From assembly GCA_041649835.1 (NCBI GenBank), contig JBAZML010000001.1, positions 38,722-102,721 of the forward strand: a stretch of 64,000 bases of DNA, written 5' to 3'. Of this stretch, positions 60,978-64,000 are shown in pieces (within the stretch, counting starts at the first letter, position 1; each line of letters starts with the position of its first letter). This DNA comes from Candidatus Shapirobacteria bacterium (GTDB lineage Bacteria > Patescibacteriota > Microgenomatia > UBA12405). A model generated the notes under the pieces. It worked only from the letters and a program-made list of their open reading frames with translations. It was not told the origin of the DNA and made no database searches. A program made the position numbers and the translations under genes.

Positions 60978-63900
60978 ATCTAATTATAAGGACAATTATC
61001 ACTAATGCGAGAATTAGATAAAGCCAGTATTTTTGAATAAAGTTTTTAGCTGCTCCTTGAACACCCAGAACACTTCCTTCGCCGGTAGTCTCTGCTGCAC
61101 CCAAGGTACCTGTGTCATTTGTATTTTCTTGACCAGGAGCTAATGCAACATTAGTAACAGGAATAGCACCAGTGTCTGTATTGATTGTAGTTCCTATAGT
61201 GGTTGTTGTCGTGATTGAGGTGACGACGCTGTCACCAACCGGACTGGAACCATTACCGGCATTATCAAAGGCGCGGATGACATAGTAATAATTTTTGTTA
61301 CAGTCAGGAACCGAGTTGGTAACATCGCGTTCTTCATTGGAACCAACAGAGACTGTGGAGACAACTGAGCCGGCATCTAAAATGAAGTTGGTTATATCAG
61401 CCCGATAGACTTCGACCTTGACTGTTTTTCCGCCATCATCAGCAGTTTTAAAGTGAATTTTGTAGTCACAGTTATTCGGGTGATCTTTACGATAATCATT
61501 TGGTGTACCGGGACCGGAGACTTTATACTCCATAGAAACGGTATTACTATCAACTCCATTGGCCATAACTTTAAATTCATAGCTTCCCTCGGTGCTTAAT
61601 ACTGAGGATAAAGAGCAGTGGTTGGCATTGTAACCGGCGTTTGGAGAAGAAATATCAGCACCAAATTGAGTAAAAGTAGCATCGGTAGAATATTTTTTAA
61701 AACATTTTACGATGACAAAGTTTTGGTCAATGTCCAGAGCGACAAAGTTTAGGTTAACGTCATTGGTATTGATTGGTGACTTTGGTATCTCAAGACGAAC
61801 TGATAAATTACCGACAGCAGTCGCATTATTTGGGAATAAGAAGAAGGCGGCAAATAATAGAATAGACAAAACCTTTTTAGATTTTTTAATTAGAGTAAAG
61901 CCTAGTAATGACATAAGGGTACTAATAATTAACCATGAGGTTGAAGAACCGGTTGAAGGAAGCTCCGTAGAAGCACCCAGGACTTCACCAGTTCTGATTT
62001 CCTGTCGTTCAACTCCGGCTCCAATGGAATTTTGAGTTGATTTAACAACCGGAACAATAGTACCAACAAAAGTTGTATTGACATATTGGGAATCTTCACC
62101 TTGGGCATAAACTGTACTAGATTGATATTTAGCATTGCCCATGGCTACGGCTAAATCAGTGTATTCGCCAGGTTGTTGATCTGTACTGATATCGGCAATA
62201 TAACTTAGTTCGACAACATCACCGGCTTTCAAATCACCTAAATTCCAAACTCCAGGAGAATGATATTGAGGTTCGATAATACTACCAGTAACATCGGTAC
62301 CACCAATAGATACGTGGTAAGAACCTAAACGATATTTAAATCCATTTGATAAGAGATCGGTAACCTTGAATCCGGTTACATCATTACCTAAAATTTTGAC
62401 TTTTATTTTGTATCCAACTGAGGAACCGGGAGACAGGTCGCCGACTGCATCGTTGGTTTTTGAGATGGTAGCAGTGGGAGTAACAAGACGGTTTCCAATG
62501 AAACATTGTATATTATCGCCAGCCTTGACGGTAACGAGTTTATGATTATATGAATCACTATCGGCCTGGGCACTGACAGATTTAACGAATTTAAAAGCAG
62601 CTTCACAAGCATCACCAGTTCCGTCACCATTTGAGTCCGTTTGACTTGCATTAGCAACGGAAGGACAATTATCTTCGCTGTCACATATTTCATCCCTGTC
62701 AATATCAGAACAATTACCTTGGGTTGGAGTAGCAGTAGGTTGTTGACAGTGACCATTTCCTGATGGGTTGTTACCGGTAACACAGACCAATCCACTACAA
62801 CAACTTTTTTCGGAATTGTTTATCTGACACTCAGCGTTTTCGTGTTTACACTGAGGAGCTTGTGTTGGACCAGTTGTTGGTGTCTGAGTTACTGTTGGAG
62901 TAGGTCTGGAATCACTAGAACACGTGATTCCAGTTTGAGTCCAACCATCTTGCATGACCTCACTTAAGGTATAAGTGCTTGGAGTAAGTTGATCAAAAAT
63001 AGCCCCTTTATTACCGGTGATTTTTGTATCGCCGGATAAATTGACAATCCAGCCAGGTAAAACTTTGTCGATATCTTCATTATATTTACCATCGTTATCA
63101 ATATCGTTAAATTTAGTGACATTTATTTGACCTAATTGTTGATTACCAAAATTATATTCATGACCAGAAACATAATTTGTACTATTTGGAAATTGACCAG
63201 AATTACCGTCAGGTAGACTGATTAAATGACAATTATCGTCTTTATCAGTAGTTGGATATATTGGTCTCCAACCATCTTGTAAAACTTCACAAACTTTATA
63301 TTGACCTGGAAGAAGATTTTCAAACCAGTACCAACCGAAGTGTGACGTACCGATGTCAGTATTCATCGTTTTTATTGGAGTAGGTTCATAGCCACCAGCA
63401 TTGTTTGATTTATATAGATTTATCGTCCAACCAGGTAATAATTCTTCGTTGAAGCTGGAAACTGGACCACCACTACCATCAGCATCACTCCACTTGTAAC
63501 CATGAATGGAACCTTCGGGTTGGTTTCCGAAATACATTTGATTGTTGGATTCATTATCAACATGCATTGTATAGCTTTGACAATTACCGGTAGTTAAAGT
63601 CCAACCATCTTGTTTGACTTCTTTTATCCAATAGGTTTGGCCTAAATATAGGTTCTCAAAACTAGCAGTACCTGGTTTGCCTAAATCACCGTTTGTTATT
63701 GCAGTCATGCTTGGAGATCCAGTACAAGTGTTATTTTCATAGAGTTCAAATGTCCAACCGTCTAAAAATCTTTCACTCTCTTCTATTGTTTGATTACCGT
63801 TCAAATCTTCGAATTTACTGACATAGAGGGGAGAGGCAATTTTAGTATTAGTAAAGACACAAGTAATCGTCTCACCCGAATCAAGCTCTAAATTACCGTA

Positions 63901-64000
63901 AGTTTCAGTATCTCCAATTGAACTAGTGCAAGTTTTGTCAGTCAATACCCATCCCGGAGGTACTATTTCGTTAAAGCTGTAAGTTCCAGCAATTAACCAA
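60940..64000 (-). CDS. Large surface protein (CnaB/SdrD-B-like repeats, knottin-like, TSP3, DUF11-like, internal LPSTG, FN3-like, C-terminal TM); 5' end outside the window
   Basis: Frame is open to the window edge (WLIAGTYSFNEIVPPGW...); K..D / E-box YxxxE..QDGW / FGNQ repeats; EVLGASTELPSTG-TM-KKSKK; terminal TM plus basic tail. Confidence 0.88.
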   Translation of the reverse strand, partial: WLIAGTYSFNEIVPPGWVLTDKTCTSSIGDTETYGNLELDSGETITCVFTNTKIASPLYVSKFEDLNGNQTIEESERFLDGWTFELYENNTCTGSPSMTAITNGDLGKPGTASFENLYLGQTYWIKEVKQDGWTLTTGNCQSYTMHVDNESNNQMYFGNQPEGSIHGYKWSDADGSGGPVSSFNEELLPGWTINLYKSNNAGGYEPTPIKTMNTDIGTSHFGWYWFENLLPGQYKVCEVLQDGWRPIYPTTDKDDNCHLISLPDGNSGQFPNSTNYVSGHEYNFGNQQLGQINVTKFNDIDNDGKYNEDIDKVLPGWIVNLSGDTKITGNKGAIFDQLTPSTYTLSEVMQDGWTQTGITCSSDSRPTPTVTQTPTTGPTQAPQCKHENAECQINNSEKSCCSGLVCVTGNNPSGNGHCQQPTATPTQGNCSDIDRDEICDSEDNCPSVANASQTDSNGDGTGDACEAAFKFVKSVSAQADSDSYNHKLVTVKAGDNIQCFIGNRLVTPTATISKTNDAVGDLSPGSSVGYKIKVKILGNDVTGFKVTDLLSNGFKYRLGSYHVSIGGTDVTGSIIEPQYHSPGVWNLGDLKAGDVVELSYIADISTDQQPGEYTDLAVAMGNAKYQSSTVYAQGEDSQYVNTTFVGTIVPVVKSTQNSIGAGVERQEIRTGEVLGASTELPSTGSSTSWLIISTLMSLLGFTLIKKSKKVLSILLFAAFFLFPNNATAVGNLSVRLEIPKSPINTNDVNLNFVALDIDQNFVIVKCFKKYSTDATFTQFGADISSPNAGYNANHCSLSSVLSTEGSYEFKVMANGVDSNTVSMEYKVSGPGTPNDYRKDHPNNCDYKIHFKTADDGGKTVKVEVYRADITNFILDAGSVVSTVSVGSNEERDVTNSVPDCNKNYYYVIRAFDNAGNGSSPVGDSVVTSITTTTTIGTTINTDTGAIPVTNVALAPGQENTNDTGTLGAAETTGEGSVLGVQGAAKNFIQKYWLYLILALVIIVLIIRYVSEKKKSTRRK

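Noticed and set aside
62562-62600. FKFVKSVSA|Q as a third internal signal-peptidase site in the adhesin
   Set aside because: It resembles a c-region but has no preceding hydrophobic h-region

Overview
AT-rich, gene-dense bacterial window using the standard code. Gene content and style suggest a reduced-genome CPR/Patescibacteria organism, probably Microgenomates-like (inference). Most of it is housekeeping: secA (partial), serS, lysS, argS, a Gre factor, a short Rel enzyme, uvrABC, the comM-yraN-dprA transformation cluster, ssb, pyrH, lon, era, obgE, rlmN, dus, trmD, apt/MTAP, glycosyltransferases, two sortases, tRNA-Glu(CTC) and tRNA-Gln(CTG). Four things stand out. (1) A surface-fibre locus at 56.3-64 kb encodes a TasA-like subunit, a SipW peptidase fused to its own SipW-signal substrate, a membrane-anchored TasA-like/FN3 protein, a sortase, and a large apparent polyprotein with an internal LPSTG sorting signal followed by a second signal peptide. 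(2) A ~1050-aa multi-TM VIT-domain protein carries an N-terminal NusA-NTD-like domain. (3) The pyruvate kinase lacks its lid (B) domain. (4) Many genes have a leaderless-type promoter layout, and there are several structured leaders/hairpins and two frameshifts (LCP gene and MTAP). All assignments come from motif recognition by eye; no searches were run.
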